Below are positions 1 to 10,174 of a stretch of 64,000 bases of DNA, in pieces (the first letter of the stretch is position 1; each line of letters starts with the position of its first letter). The notes below the pieces were generated by a model, which ran no database searches, was not told the DNA's origin, and was given only the letters and a program-made list of their open reading frames with translations. The stretch is from Macrostomum hystrix. Lineage: Eukaryota > Animalia > Platyhelminthes. A program made the position numbers and the translations under genes. The stretch covers positions 4,278,001 to 4,342,000 of the forward strand of contig CATNEN010000001.1 in assembly GCA_950097015.1 (NCBI GenBank). The letters run 5' to 3'.

Positions 1-225
1 ATCGAAGACTGCACTCCGGCCAGAGAACTTTGGCAATCGCAAGCTCAAGTTGTTTAATCCCACCGGTTTACGACTAATGCATTTGACTTATTCCCTTTTT
101 TTAAGAACTCGTATGGGCAGACAACCGTCAGAATTATACAGCAACCAATTTTTTTTTAGTTTGCTGTTCTGCGTCAAAATTACAGCATTTTTCATTTAGT
201 CTGCTTTTTATCTGTTGCTATTTAA

Positions 226-970
226 GTGGCTGAAATATCCAAGATTCTAACAGCTGTTCCAAAGATACTCTCACATGTAGCTGACATCCCTAATTTAGTC
301 TCACATGTAGCTGACATCCCTAATTTAGTCCCACAGGTGGCTGATATCCCTAATTTAGTCTCACATGTAGCTGACATCCCTAATTTAGTCTCACAGGTAG
401 CTGACATCCCTAATTTAGTCTCACAGGTAGCTGACATCCCTAATTTAGTCTCACATGTAGCTGATATCCCTAAAGATATCCCACAGGTAGCTGATATCCC
501 TAAAGATATCCCACAGGTAGCTGATATCCCTAAAGATATCCCACAGGTAGCTGATATCCCTAAAGATATCCCACAGGTAGCTGATATCCCTAAAGATATC
601 CCACAGGTAGCTGATATCCCTAAAGATATCCCACAGGTAGCTGATATCCCTAAAGATATCCCACAGGTAGCTGATATCCCTAAAGATATCCCACAGGTAG
701 CTGATATCCCTAAAGATATCCCACAGGTAGCTGATATCCCTAAAGATATCCCACAGGTAGCTGATATCCCTAAAGATATCCCACAGGTAGCTGATATCCC
801 TAAAGATATCCCACAGGTAGCTGATATCCCTAAAGATATCCCACAGGTAGCTGATATCCCTAAAGATATCCCACAGGTAGCTGATATCCCTAAAGATATC
901 CCACAGGTAGCTGATATCCCTAAAGATATCCCACAGGTAGCTGATATCCCTAAAGATATCCCACAGGTAA
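226..970. repeat. 30-bp minisatellite (GTAGCTGATATCCCTAAAGATATCCCACAG), ~24 units
   Basis: Directly visible tandem array. Short relic copies also occur at ~35127-35200/35320-35395 and ~46230-46300/46420-46500. Confidence 0.97.
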
Positions 971-1003
971 CATTACTGAACTGATTTTCAGCATTGCCAA
1001 CTC

Positions 1004-1594
1004 ATGCTGCTGCTGCTGCTTCTGCCGCTGCTTCTCCTGCTCACCAGCAGCGGTTGCCAGGCGGAAGATCTGGCCATAGTCGACAGGGCAGGTGCGTCTT
1101 ATCAGTCGCAGGTGTTCAACGAATCCACTGGCGATGCCTACAATGCCGAGGGTCCCCTGCTGCCGTGTCGCCTGCTGCCTGCGGAGTCTGTGAAATGCAA
1201 CCCGCCTCTTGATCTGCAGGGCAACTCCAGCCTGAAGGACATCCTTGGTCACGGCTGCACCAAATGGGGCGGCCAGACCTATCAGGAGGTTGAGCACACC
1301 AGGCTGCAATGCTTCGCTCTAGCTGACATTGAATGCTACGGCAGTCGCAGCTTTCTCAGAGGTCGATCGCCTTGTCTGAAGTACACGGGCCACTATTTCC
1401 TAACCACACTGCTTTACTCTGTGTTTCTGGGCTTCCTGGCAATCGACAGATTCTGCCTGGGCCACACAGGTGCCGCCATTGGCAAGATGCTCTGCTTAGG
1501 CGGCTTTGGAATCTGGTGGATTGTCGACGTCATCCTGCTGTGCACCGGCAGCTTGAGGCCTGCAGATGACAGCAGCTGGATGCCCTACTATTGA
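1004..1594 (+). CDS. TM2D2: TM2 domain-containing protein 2 homolog (copy 1, intact)
   Basis: Leu-rich signal peptide, Cys-rich ectodomain (GCTKWGGQTYQEVEHT..QC.AL..IEC), then CLKYTGHYFLTTLLYSVFLG..IDRFCLGHTG..IGK...LGG.GIWWIVD, which is characteristic of TM2D2. AATAAA at 1710-1715. Confidence 0.92.
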   Translation: MLLLLLLPLLLLLTSSGCQAEDLAIVDRAGASYQSQVFNESTGDAYNAEGPLLPCRLLPAESVKCNPPLDLQGNSSLKDILGHGCTKWGGQTYQEVEHTRLQCFALADIECYGSRSFLRGRSPCLKYTGHYFLTTLLYSVFLGFLAIDRFCLGHTGAAIGKMLCLGGFGIWWIVDVILLCTGSLRPADDSSWMPYY

Positions 1595-1794
1595 TGTACT
1601 TTGCCCAGCCATTGTACAGCCATTGTACAGCCATTGTACAGTTTCTTGATTTCAGTGTACAGCCTAATGATTGTGCTTTAGATATATTACTGCGTACCTG
1701 GGCTTCGTCAATAAAGCAACGGATTGCCTGAGCTCTGGTTTTATTTATTAAAGTATTGTGCTTTGTTGCTTGATCAATTTTCTAATATTCAATA

Positions 1795-1945
1795 CAGGTA
1801 ATGGGTACCAGCAAGCATATAGAGAAGTAGAAGCAATGGGATCTTGCTCATGGACACAAATCCTTTGCCCTCGGCTGAGATTCGAACTTAGACCTCTCAG
1901 ATCGGAGAGACTGTGCCAAAACCAAACAGTGAGCAGTGCCTCTCT
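1795..1945 (-). mobile_element. tRNA-derived SINE-like fragment (also at ~19572-19722)
   Basis: Minus strand has a B-box GTTCGAATC followed by a CORE-like GTGTCCATGAGCAAG. Family not identified. Confidence 0.4.
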
Positions 1946-1978
1946 CACAATGCATTTCAGCTTTTTCAGCTGAACACT

Positions 1979-2782
1979 ATGAGCTCAATGTCTCTCACCA
2001 CTCAGTCGACTCATTCACAATCAGCCCCAATGGCCGTTGACGATGCATCGGACCCGGATGTGAAGCCTCCAGAGCTGCAGCTGAAACTGGAGATGCAGGA
2101 CGATGAGGGCGAGTCAGCTGATGCACACGCCGATGACGTCACAGGCCAGTCAGCTGATGTACACGCCGATGACGTCACAGGCCAGTCAGCTGATGCGCAC
2201 GCCGATGACGTCACTAACCAGTTAGCTGATGCGCACGCCGTTGAAGCCGACGCTGACAAAAAGTGCTTCGAATGCGACTTCTGCGGCAAGCGTCTAGCAC
2301 AACGCAGCTACCTGATGGCGCACCTGAGTATTCACACCGGTGAGAAGCCGTTCGAATGCCATCAGTGCGGCAAGCGTTTCTCCAGGCCCGGCTACCTGCG
2401 GCTGCACAGCAAGGCCGTCCACCAGAACGAGCGCCGGCACCTGTGCCGATTCTGTGGCAAAGCCTTCCCAGAGACCTCCAGTCTTGGTAGGCACATTCGC
2501 ACTCACACTGGCGAGCGACCGTTTGTCTGCGAACTGTGCGGCGTCCGCTTCACCCAGGCTGGCAGTCTGGCTGATCACATGCGAGTCCACACCGGTGCTA
2601 AGCCTTTCACCTGTCTCACCTGTGGTGCCACTTTTAGTAGAGCATTCTCACTGACCAACCATCTGAGAATGCACAATGGCGACAAGCCTTTTAAGTGTTT
2701 GGTGTGCGGCAAGACATTCTCACAGTCCGGTCACTTGTACCGACACCAGCGATCTACTCACTCTGCCGCTGTGCAGGTGTGA
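1979..2782 (+). CDS. C2H2 zinc-finger protein, 6 fingers (copy 1)
   Basis: Six CxxC..HxxxH fingers with TGEKP-type linkers and an acidic 12-aa repeat (ADAHADDVTGQS). ATG at 1979 follows a TTTTTCAG acceptor-like site; could be a terminal exon. Confidence 0.88.
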   Translation: MSSMSLTTQSTHSQSAPMAVDDASDPDVKPPELQLKLEMQDDEGESADAHADDVTGQSADVHADDVTGQSADAHADDVTNQLADAHAVEADADKKCFECDFCGKRLAQRSYLMAHLSIHTGEKPFECHQCGKRFSRPGYLRLHSKAVHQNERRHLCRFCGKAFPETSSLGRHIRTHTGERPFVCELCGVRFTQAGSLADHMRVHTGAKPFTCLTCGATFSRAFSLTNHLRMHNGDKPFKCLVCGKTFSQSGHLYRHQRSTHSAAVQV

Positions 2783-2814
2783 GCAGTCTCTTCTCAAGGC
2801 AGTGATTGGATCTG

Positions 2815-3920
2815 CCAATCACTGATCCTCATCAGGTCACCCAATCACTGATCCTCATCAGGTCACCCAATCACTGATCCCCATCGGTTCTCCCAATCAC
2901 TGATCCTCATCAGGTCACCCAATCACTGATCCTCATCGGTTCTCCCAATCACTGATCCTCATCAGGTCACCCAATCACTGATCCCCATCGGTTCTCCCAA
3001 TCACTGATCCTCATTGGTTCTCCCAATCACTGATCCCCATCGGTTCTTCCAATCACTGATCCCCATCGGTTCTCACAATCACTGATCCCCATCGGTTCTC
3101 CCAATCACTGATCCTCATTGGTTCTCCCAATCACTGATCCCCATCGGTTCTCCCAATCACTGATCCTCATTGGTTCTCCCAATCACTGATCCCCATCGGT
3201 TCTTCCAATCACTGATCCCCATCGGTTCTCACAATCACTGATCCCCATCGGTTCTCCCAATCACTGATCCTCATTGGTTCTCCCAATCACTGATCCTCAT
3301 TGGTTCTCCCAATCACTGATCCTCATCGGTTCTCCCAATCACTGATCCCCATCGGTTCTTCCAATCACTGATCCCCATCGGTTCTCACAATCACTGATCC
3401 CCATCGGTTCTCCCAATCACTGATCCTCATTGGTTCTCCCAATCACTGATCCCCATCGGTTCTCCCAATCACTGATCCTCATTGGTTCTCCCAATCACTG
3501 ATCCCCATCGGTTCTCCCAATCACTGATCCTCATTGGTTCTCCCAATCACTGATCCCCATCGGTTCTCCCAATCACTGATCCTCATTGGTTCTCCCAATC
3601 ACTGATCCCCATCGGTTCTTCCAATCACTGATCCCCATCGGTTCTCACAATCACTGATCCCCATCGGTTCTCCCAATCACTGATCCTCATTGGTTCTCCC
3701 AATCACTGATCCTCATCGGTTCTCCCAATCACTGATCCCCATCGGTTCTCCCAATCACTGATTCACATCGGTTCTCCCAATCACTGATCCCCATCGGTTC
3801 TCCCAATCACTGATCCCCATCGGTTCTCCCAATCACTGATCCCCATCGGTTCTCCCAATCACTGATCCCCATCGGTTCTCCCGATCACTGATCCTCATTG
3901 GTTCTCCCAATCACTGATCC
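2815..3920. repeat. 26-bp minisatellite (CCAATCACTGATCCCCATCGGTTCTC)
   Basis: Tandem array just 3' of the zinc-finger gene; shorter paralog at 20630-21240. Confidence 0.96.
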
Positions 3921-4286
3921 CTTTCGGGATTATCAACCAATCAGAAATCTCCATTGGCTCTCCCAACCAATCAGATGTCCCTAACGCATTTCCCAAACAA
4001 TCTGAGATCCTTTTCAGTCTCCCATTCCGAGATCAGGATAAAACATTTATTTATCAGCAAATTTCATTCCTGTTAACACCGTGTAATATTTCGATAGTTT
4101 GTGCTAGTTCTATCTCATCTTATTAATCAAATCTATCGCTAGTCAATTATGTATGCTTGTGTCTGATCTGTTTGTTCACTCTGCTATTCCGTGCTATAAT
4201 TATTATCAGTGAAGTGCAGATAGGCTTTTTGGTTCGCTTATGTTGTCCATTTGTTATATGCAATTGTGAGCCATTTGTAGTCATTG

Positions 4287-7134
4287 TGTAACACGCGGTG
4301 TTTGGCGGTGTGAAACCAGATTCTACGAAGGCCCCGTGAGGCCGTGCTTGTTGTATTTATGTCAGTTGCGATTACGTAATCAGCGATGTACAGTAATGAA
4401 CGATGTTAAACGAACGAACAGCAAATACGATAGAATGATTCAGCAAATTATTAGAAAGATTGTTAACATTCAAAAACTGCCTCAAAGGCTAGGAATAAAA
4501 ACCATTACATTTCTCCCCCGCGAAACAATAGACGATCTGAATCGCAAAATTGAAAACGCAGAACCAGTTAAAAAAACACATTCACAGTCTCTAAACAGTC
4601 TCTGATCAGTCTCTGAACAGTCCATCGCTCTCCGCTCATTCACCGCTCACACCGAAGAAGTCCGGAGGTCGCCTCTCCCGCTCCGGGTACCGCCGCTCGG
4701 CCTGGCGGGTCTCAGACGCGACCTCGTGGGACACCGGCTGCTGGCGGAGCTGCTCGGTGTCAGGCAGGGCTACAAACCGCCTTCGCAGCCGGTTCACGTG
4801 CACCCAGCGGACCGGTCGGTTGCCGAAGGCGCGGCGGATGCACACCGAGTGGCCGCGCTGCTCGAGCACCGTCCAGCCAGGCTCCCAGTAGGGCGCGAGC
4901 TTCGAGCGCCGCATCTCGATGCTGAGCAGCACCTCGGCGCCTTGCGGGAACTGCGGCAGGTCCGCCGCTTTCTTGTCGTGAGCCGCCTTCTGTTGCTGCC
5001 CGGCGACCACCAGATTCTCCTCGACGAATTCGCGGATCCGGGCCAGTCGCCGCTCCAGCAGCGCTGAGTAGGTGCCGATGTCGAACTGCCGCTCGCTGCT
5101 CTGCACCTTCGGCGGGAGTTGCGGGTCGCGGCCGGTCATCACCGTCAGCGGTGCCACCTTGGTTGAGCTGTGGACCCTGGAGTTGTAGGACAGGACCACT
5201 AACGGCAGCTGCTCCTCCCAGCTGGACTCGGTCTCGGCGAACAGCCTCAGCAGCTGCAGCAGTGACTTGTTGCCGCGCTCCACTAGTCCGTTTCCCTGCG
5301 GATGATACGGCGTGGTGCGCGTTTTCCTGATGCCCAGCGCTTGCAGCGTCTCCTGGAACAGCTCGCTCTCGAAGTTCGCGCCTTGATCCGAGTGGATGAC
5401 GGACGGGACTCCAAACAGGGAGAAGACCTTCACTGCAGCATCCACGATGGTTTTGGCGGTCTGATCTGGCATCGGCACGGCGGTCAGGAACTTGGAAAAC
5501 TGATCCTGCATCACCAGCAGGTAGCTGTTGCCTCGATCTGATGTCGGCACCTTCAGTACGTCGACCGCCACCGTCTGCCAGGGCTTGCCGATCGGCATCT
5601 CACCGAGTGGGGCTGCGGGCCGGTGCTGCGCTTTTTTCAGCTGGCAGGTCTGGCACTCCTGACAGAAACTCACCGCGTCGCTCTGCAGCCCAGGCCAGTA
5701 CGCGGTCTGCTTCAGAGTGTCGGCCATTTTCTCCGGTCCGAAATGGCCGCCGATGCCCTCGTGGAAGTCAGTCAGGAACTGACGCTGCAGCAACTCCGGG
5801 ATCACAGGGACCTCTCTCGGCCCCGCAGCATCATTGAAAACCCGGCAGAGAAGACCGTCTTGAATTCGTAACTTCCGCCAGATACGGCTGAGGTGTCGCA
5901 GTCTGCTGTCGGACCATCTTGGCCGAGTCCCGCTGTCGTTCTGCAGGGCCTCGATGACCAGCTGGAGCTTCGGATCAGCCCTCTGCGCCTGTCGCAACTC
6001 CCGGTTGGACACCTGCGGCTGCAGCTCCGTTGCCGACGACGCTCCGATCGTTTCGCAGTGGCCCTCGTGCATCCTCGACAGGCCGTCCGCCTCCACGTTG
6101 TCGACGCCCTTGGTGTACTTGATGGTAAAGGCGAATTCCTGCAGCAGCAACCGCCAGCGCCCGAGCCGGCCGTGGCTGTCGACCCGCTGGGAATTCAGAA
6201 ACGTGAGTGGGCAGTGGTCGGTAAAGACCGTGAAATGCCGACCGAGCAAGTAGTGGCGGTAAGTCTTCAGCGCGTGCAGGATCGCCAGGCACTCCTTCTC
6301 GACGGTTGAATAGCCCTTCTCCGGAGCCGTGAGTGCTCTGCTGCAGTACTCTATCACCTGGTCGCCTTGCTTGAGCACGATTCCGACTCCGGTGTTGCTG
6401 GCATCCGTGTAGAGCTGAAACTCCTTGGAAAAATCCGGGTGGCCGATGATCGGCGGCTGCTGAAGGGCCTCTTTGAGCCGTCGAAATGCCGTGCCGCACT
6501 CGTCAGTCCACTCGAACTTCTCCGTCTTGCTGGTCAGTCTGTGCAGCGGTCCGGCGATATCGGAGAAACTCGGCACGTACTTCCTGTACTGGTTGCAAAG
6601 GCCTAGGAACTGCCGCACCTGCGTTGGGGACTGCGGCTCCGGCCACTCTTGGATGGCGTGCACCTTCTCGGGACTCACAGTGGCACCCTTGGCAGAGAAC
6701 ACGGTGCCGAGAAACGTGACCTCCGGCAGACCCAGCTGGCACTTGCTGCCCCTGACTGTGAGCCCGGCGCCTCTGATCTTCTCGAACACTTCTCGCAGGT
6801 GCTGTAGATGCTCGGCCTTTGACTTGGAGAAGCACAGCGTGTCATCCATGTAGGTGAAGGTTTGCTCGGCGCCTTTGAACACGCGGTTCATCAGGATGGT
6901 GAATGAGCTCGGGCCGCCGCAGACGCCCTGCGGCATCCTCTTGAACTGATAAAGCGGCATGCCGGGCCCAGGGCTGAAAGCTGTCTTCTGCCTGTCTTCC
7001 GGCTTCATCGGGATTTGGAAGTAGCCGCCGTTCAGGTCAATCACCGAGAAGATCTCGTTGCCAGCTAGCTTGTCCTTGACAAAGTCCATCTGCGGAATGC
7101 CCTGCGCCGACCGCACCGTCTTCTTGTTCAGCTT
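4287..7134 (-). mobile_element. Ty3/Gypsy LTR retrotransposon, 5'-truncated (3' LTR + partial pol)
   Basis: 3' LTR 4287-4509 with TGTAA...TTACA termini and polypurine tract GGGGGAGAAA at 4510-4519 (minus). The element is absent from the paralogous site at ~21601-21615 (TCATTG-TA-CAGCTTTT). Confidence 0.93.
4636..7134 (-). CDS. pol: Gypsy Pol fragment: RT (partial), RNase H, integrase
   Basis: KLNKKT, IDLNGGYFQI, RMPQG, YMDD; RNase H TDASNTG..EKECLA..TDH; integrase zinc finger H..GGH..CxxC and core D..D..E (VDV, HSDQG, LVER). RT-RH-IN order indicates Ty3/Gypsy. No gag or protease. Confidence 0.95.
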   Translation of the reverse strand, partial: KLNKKTVRSAQGIPQMDFVKDKLAGNEIFSVIDLNGGYFQIPMKPEDRQKTAFSPGPGMPLYQFKRMPQGVCGGPSSFTILMNRVFKGAEQTFTYMDDTLCFSKSKAEHLQHLREVFEKIRGAGLTVRGSKCQLGLPEVTFLGTVFSAKGATVSPEKVHAIQEWPEPQSPTQVRQFLGLCNQYRKYVPSFSDIAGPLHRLTSKTEKFEWTDECGTAFRRLKEALQQPPIIGHPDFSKEFQLYTDASNTGVGIVLKQGDQVIEYCSRALTAPEKGYSTVEKECLAILHALKTYRHYLLGRHFTVFTDHCPLTFLNSQRVDSHGRLGRWRLLLQEFAFTIKYTKGVDNVEADGLSRMHEGHCETIGASSATELQPQVSNRELRQAQRADPKLQLVIEALQNDSGTRPRWSDSRLRHLSRIWRKLRIQDGLLCRVFNDAAGPREVPVIPELLQRQFLTDFHEGIGGHFGPEKMADTLKQTAYWPGLQSDAVSFCQECQTCQLKKAQHRPAAPLGEMPIGKPWQTVAVDVLKVPTSDRGNSYLLVMQDQFSKFLTAVPMPDQTAKTIVDAAVKVFSLFGVPSVIHSDQGANFESELFQETLQALGIRKTRTTPYHPQGNGLVERGNKSLLQLLRLFAETESSWEEQLPLVVLSYNSRVHSSTKVAPLTVMTGRDPQLPPKVQSSERQFDIGTYSALLERRLARIREFVEENLVVAGQQQKAAHDKKAADLPQFPQGAEVLLSIEMRRSKLAPYWEPGWTVLEQRGHSVCIRRAFGNRPVRWVHVNRLRRRFVALPDTEQLRQQPVSHEVASETRQAERRYPERERRPPDFFGVSGE

Positions 7135-7474
7135 TTAGTTTCTTATTTTACAAGTCGAGTTCATGAGTTAACAGTCTCTGCTCTGTTCCTCTATCGATAC
7201 AAAATGCTAAATAGTAATTGGTTCGTGCAGTAGAGTCAGTTGACACAATACCATTGATACTAATTCAAACATTTGACAGCTGTTTGTGTTTAATCATTTC
7301 TGGAAACCGAATCTAACCCTAGCAGAATCAGCCTTCAAAACTTGATTGGCTGGGGATTCGGCCATTGAATTGGTGTCTATGGAAAATGCAAGCACTAAGT
7401 CGCCACAGCCAATAGAGATTTGAAGGCTGATTTGGTAAATTATGAGTTCATTGTTGTGGACTTCCTGCATTTCA

Positions 7475-8247
7475 GCAACTGCTTCGAATCAGCCAATTTT
7501 GGACGATGAGCTATCAATCCAGTGTCCGATGTGTCCAAAGTACTTCCTGAACTCGCACCTGATGCAGTACGATCAGCACGTGGAGTCGCACAGTCGAGAC
7601 AGCGCAGCTTCACACCAGGCTGCAGACATTGTCTCGGAGGCTGGCAAAGCCATTGTCCAGTTTCAGCAGCAGTCTATGGCTCAATACTCTGCCAGGCCAG
7701 TCGGTTTGTTCAAAGATCAGCAGACAGTGATTTGCGGTTTCATGATTCGCAATGAGTCAGCTGTGCAACTGCCTCCAAGGCACATTCAATTCAACAATAG
7801 CAGCTTCATCACTGATGATTCTGGCATTGCTGGGACACCGGCTTCAAGAACTTGCGTGCCCCGCTGCCAACACTGCAAGACACGTTGCTTCTGTGCACGC
7901 CACTCTATTACGGAAGCGGAAATCCATTGGCTTTGCCAAAGCTGACCAATCACGTTGCTTCTGAGCACGCCAAGCTGTTGCGGAAGCAGAAATCAGTTGA
8001 AACTGCCGAGCTGACCAATCACGTTGCTTCTGTGCACGCCAAGCTGTTGCAGAAGCAGAAATCAACTAGAAAGAAGGAGTTCCATTGCCAGCTGTTCAAG
8101 AAGCGCTTTGCCAAGGCCTGCAGTCTCAGCAGACACGAGACAGCTGTGCACGGAGTCAAGCCTGACCAAAGCGACCATTCGGTTGATTTGCGCATTCGAG
8201 TGAAGGCTGAAGATCAGAAACCGCTGGTGCTGTGCGACAGGCCTTGA
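7475..8247 (+). pseudogene. Degenerate zinc-finger gene (UBZ-like CPMC..HVESH, 69-nt repeats, C-terminal C2H2-like finger), copy 1
   Basis: Acceptor-like CATTTCAG at ~7474. Reading frame is split over ORFs 7442-7945 and 7852-8247, and the last finger lacks its second Cys (CQLF). Confidence 0.5.
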
Positions 8248-10174
8248 CAATGCTGCAGTTATTGCTCTGCAGTCTTGGCTATCCGCCCTCAGCATTGGCG
8301 CAGTTGCCATGACAACCAAGCTGGAAGTGAATACTGCATGTTATTGCCAGCTTTTCATTGAGCTTAAAAATGAATGTGAAACCCGTGTCCTCCATAATTA
8401 TCAGATGCTTTTTATCCTAGCAATCTAGCAATTATAAGTCAGCTATCAGCTATTCTGAGAATGATTCACACACCTTATTCCTGGAATTCATCGTGCAGTT
8501 TAATTCCATCGTTGTGCATTTTCCTGACAACCAGAATTTCTTTCCTATTCCTGTCAAACGACAATTTATAACATAGCTATGTAAACAGCATTTACACTCT
8601 GGGAGTTGCTGAATTTCCCAATTAATTCATGAAAATCTTCTGTTTCTGCTAGATCTCTTTCGGCCTAGCACGAATCCGCAAGTTGACACATTTTAAGTGT
8701 GCTCAAATACAACATCTTTTGAGAGAAGAAAACAGCAATGCACATCTCTTTTTGGAACTGTCTGAGTGCCTTGACTGTCTTTTCAATTATTTTTTGCAGT
8801 CAGAAATGTACAGTCGCCATGTCCGTTGCGTTGTCAGATATCCGTTGCTAGGCAACTGCTACTAAATCCTTTCAATCAGCACACAGAAGAGACAGCGGTT
8901 GCTGGGCAGATAGCTTGTTGTCAAATCCTGTTGCAATTTTCACACAGTAACAGCGCACTTTCTCTGTAAGAGTTAGGTTTAGCCATAGACTATGTTAGAT
9001 CACAAGTGTATCAAGTGAGACCTGTTAACACCTGCCCACTCCACTGCCTATGCTCAGTGGTGTACTTATCGACTTTGCTTTCGATGGGAATCAGCCAAGC
9101 GAGCTGATTGTCTGACGGCCCAAGGTGTCAAAAGAGGTGAGAAGGCAGGTGCGAAAACAGCATTGAAGCGGCCATGCCTGCCATTGTGGCATTCAGAATT
9201 GCCTGCTTTTATCTCAATGATTCACTGAGTTTATTGTGAACAAAATACTGGGACTTATTTAATAGATGACAAAAGCGTTAAATCAGGTGGCATAAAGGGT
9301 TATTAATATTTAAAAGTACATCAGAACTTTGTAGAGCGATTCTGTACAGGTGGGGAGTGCTGCGCAGACTGAGAGGTGAGCACTGGCTTGAGCAGTGGGG
9401 CTCGACAAGCAGACAGTTTTATGAGCAGCCCAGCTGCATATGAAATGACATCATTGAAGTGTTTTGCATGACATGTTAATGACATCTCTGCACTGCATAA
9501 GCTTTTATCTAATGGGCTAATTATGGGCTTGCAATTTACAAATACGATAAAAACAATAAAAATAATAAAAACATTCACACTACCATCTTAAAATGTCTCG
9601 GGTTTATTGGTGCACGTTTGATGGCCCTATTTTATGGCAGTGTGAATGAGACTGTACACAGGATTCACAGCAATGAACTATACCAAATATAAGTAAATAG
9701 GCTAATATTGTGGAAATGAGAAAATAATAAAACACATCAAAACATGTGTCTAAAAGGTAGCAGAAATCAAACTCGACATTTTCTAATTTCCGCTGACTTC
9801 CGTTAACACCTGCAAGCCTCCACTGACTGGAATTTAGAAGGTCTGAATTACATATATAACTTCCGCTAACTGTCAATTCCGCTAATTATCACTTCCGCTA
9901 TCTGACACTATCTTCCGATAACTGTCAATAGCTCCCAGAGGGATTTTACAATAACGAGTCACGTTTGTTTGACGCTTTGTGTTAAAGTAAAAATAAAATA
10001 GCTACAAAATTCCGCCTACAAAAAATAAATGTAGAGGCAACAACAACTCAACCAGAAGCATAAAATCTTAAGACCCAAAGTATGGTCCACGCCAATGCTC
10101 CTCAGCTCCAGGCCTTCAAATCACAGTCTAGCCACATTGATCTGGGCAGCAGGCGAAGGCCTCCTCAGCAGTTT

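Noticed and set aside
226-984. 252-aa QVADIPKDIP repeat ORF
   Set aside because: Translation of a 30-bp minisatellite that is only a short relic in paralogous units; no independent coding evidence.
4636-7116. Gypsy RT as the diversifier of the ankyrin repeats (DGR-like)
   Set aside because: Ordinary truncated LTR-element pol present in only one unit; no template/variable repeat pair evident.
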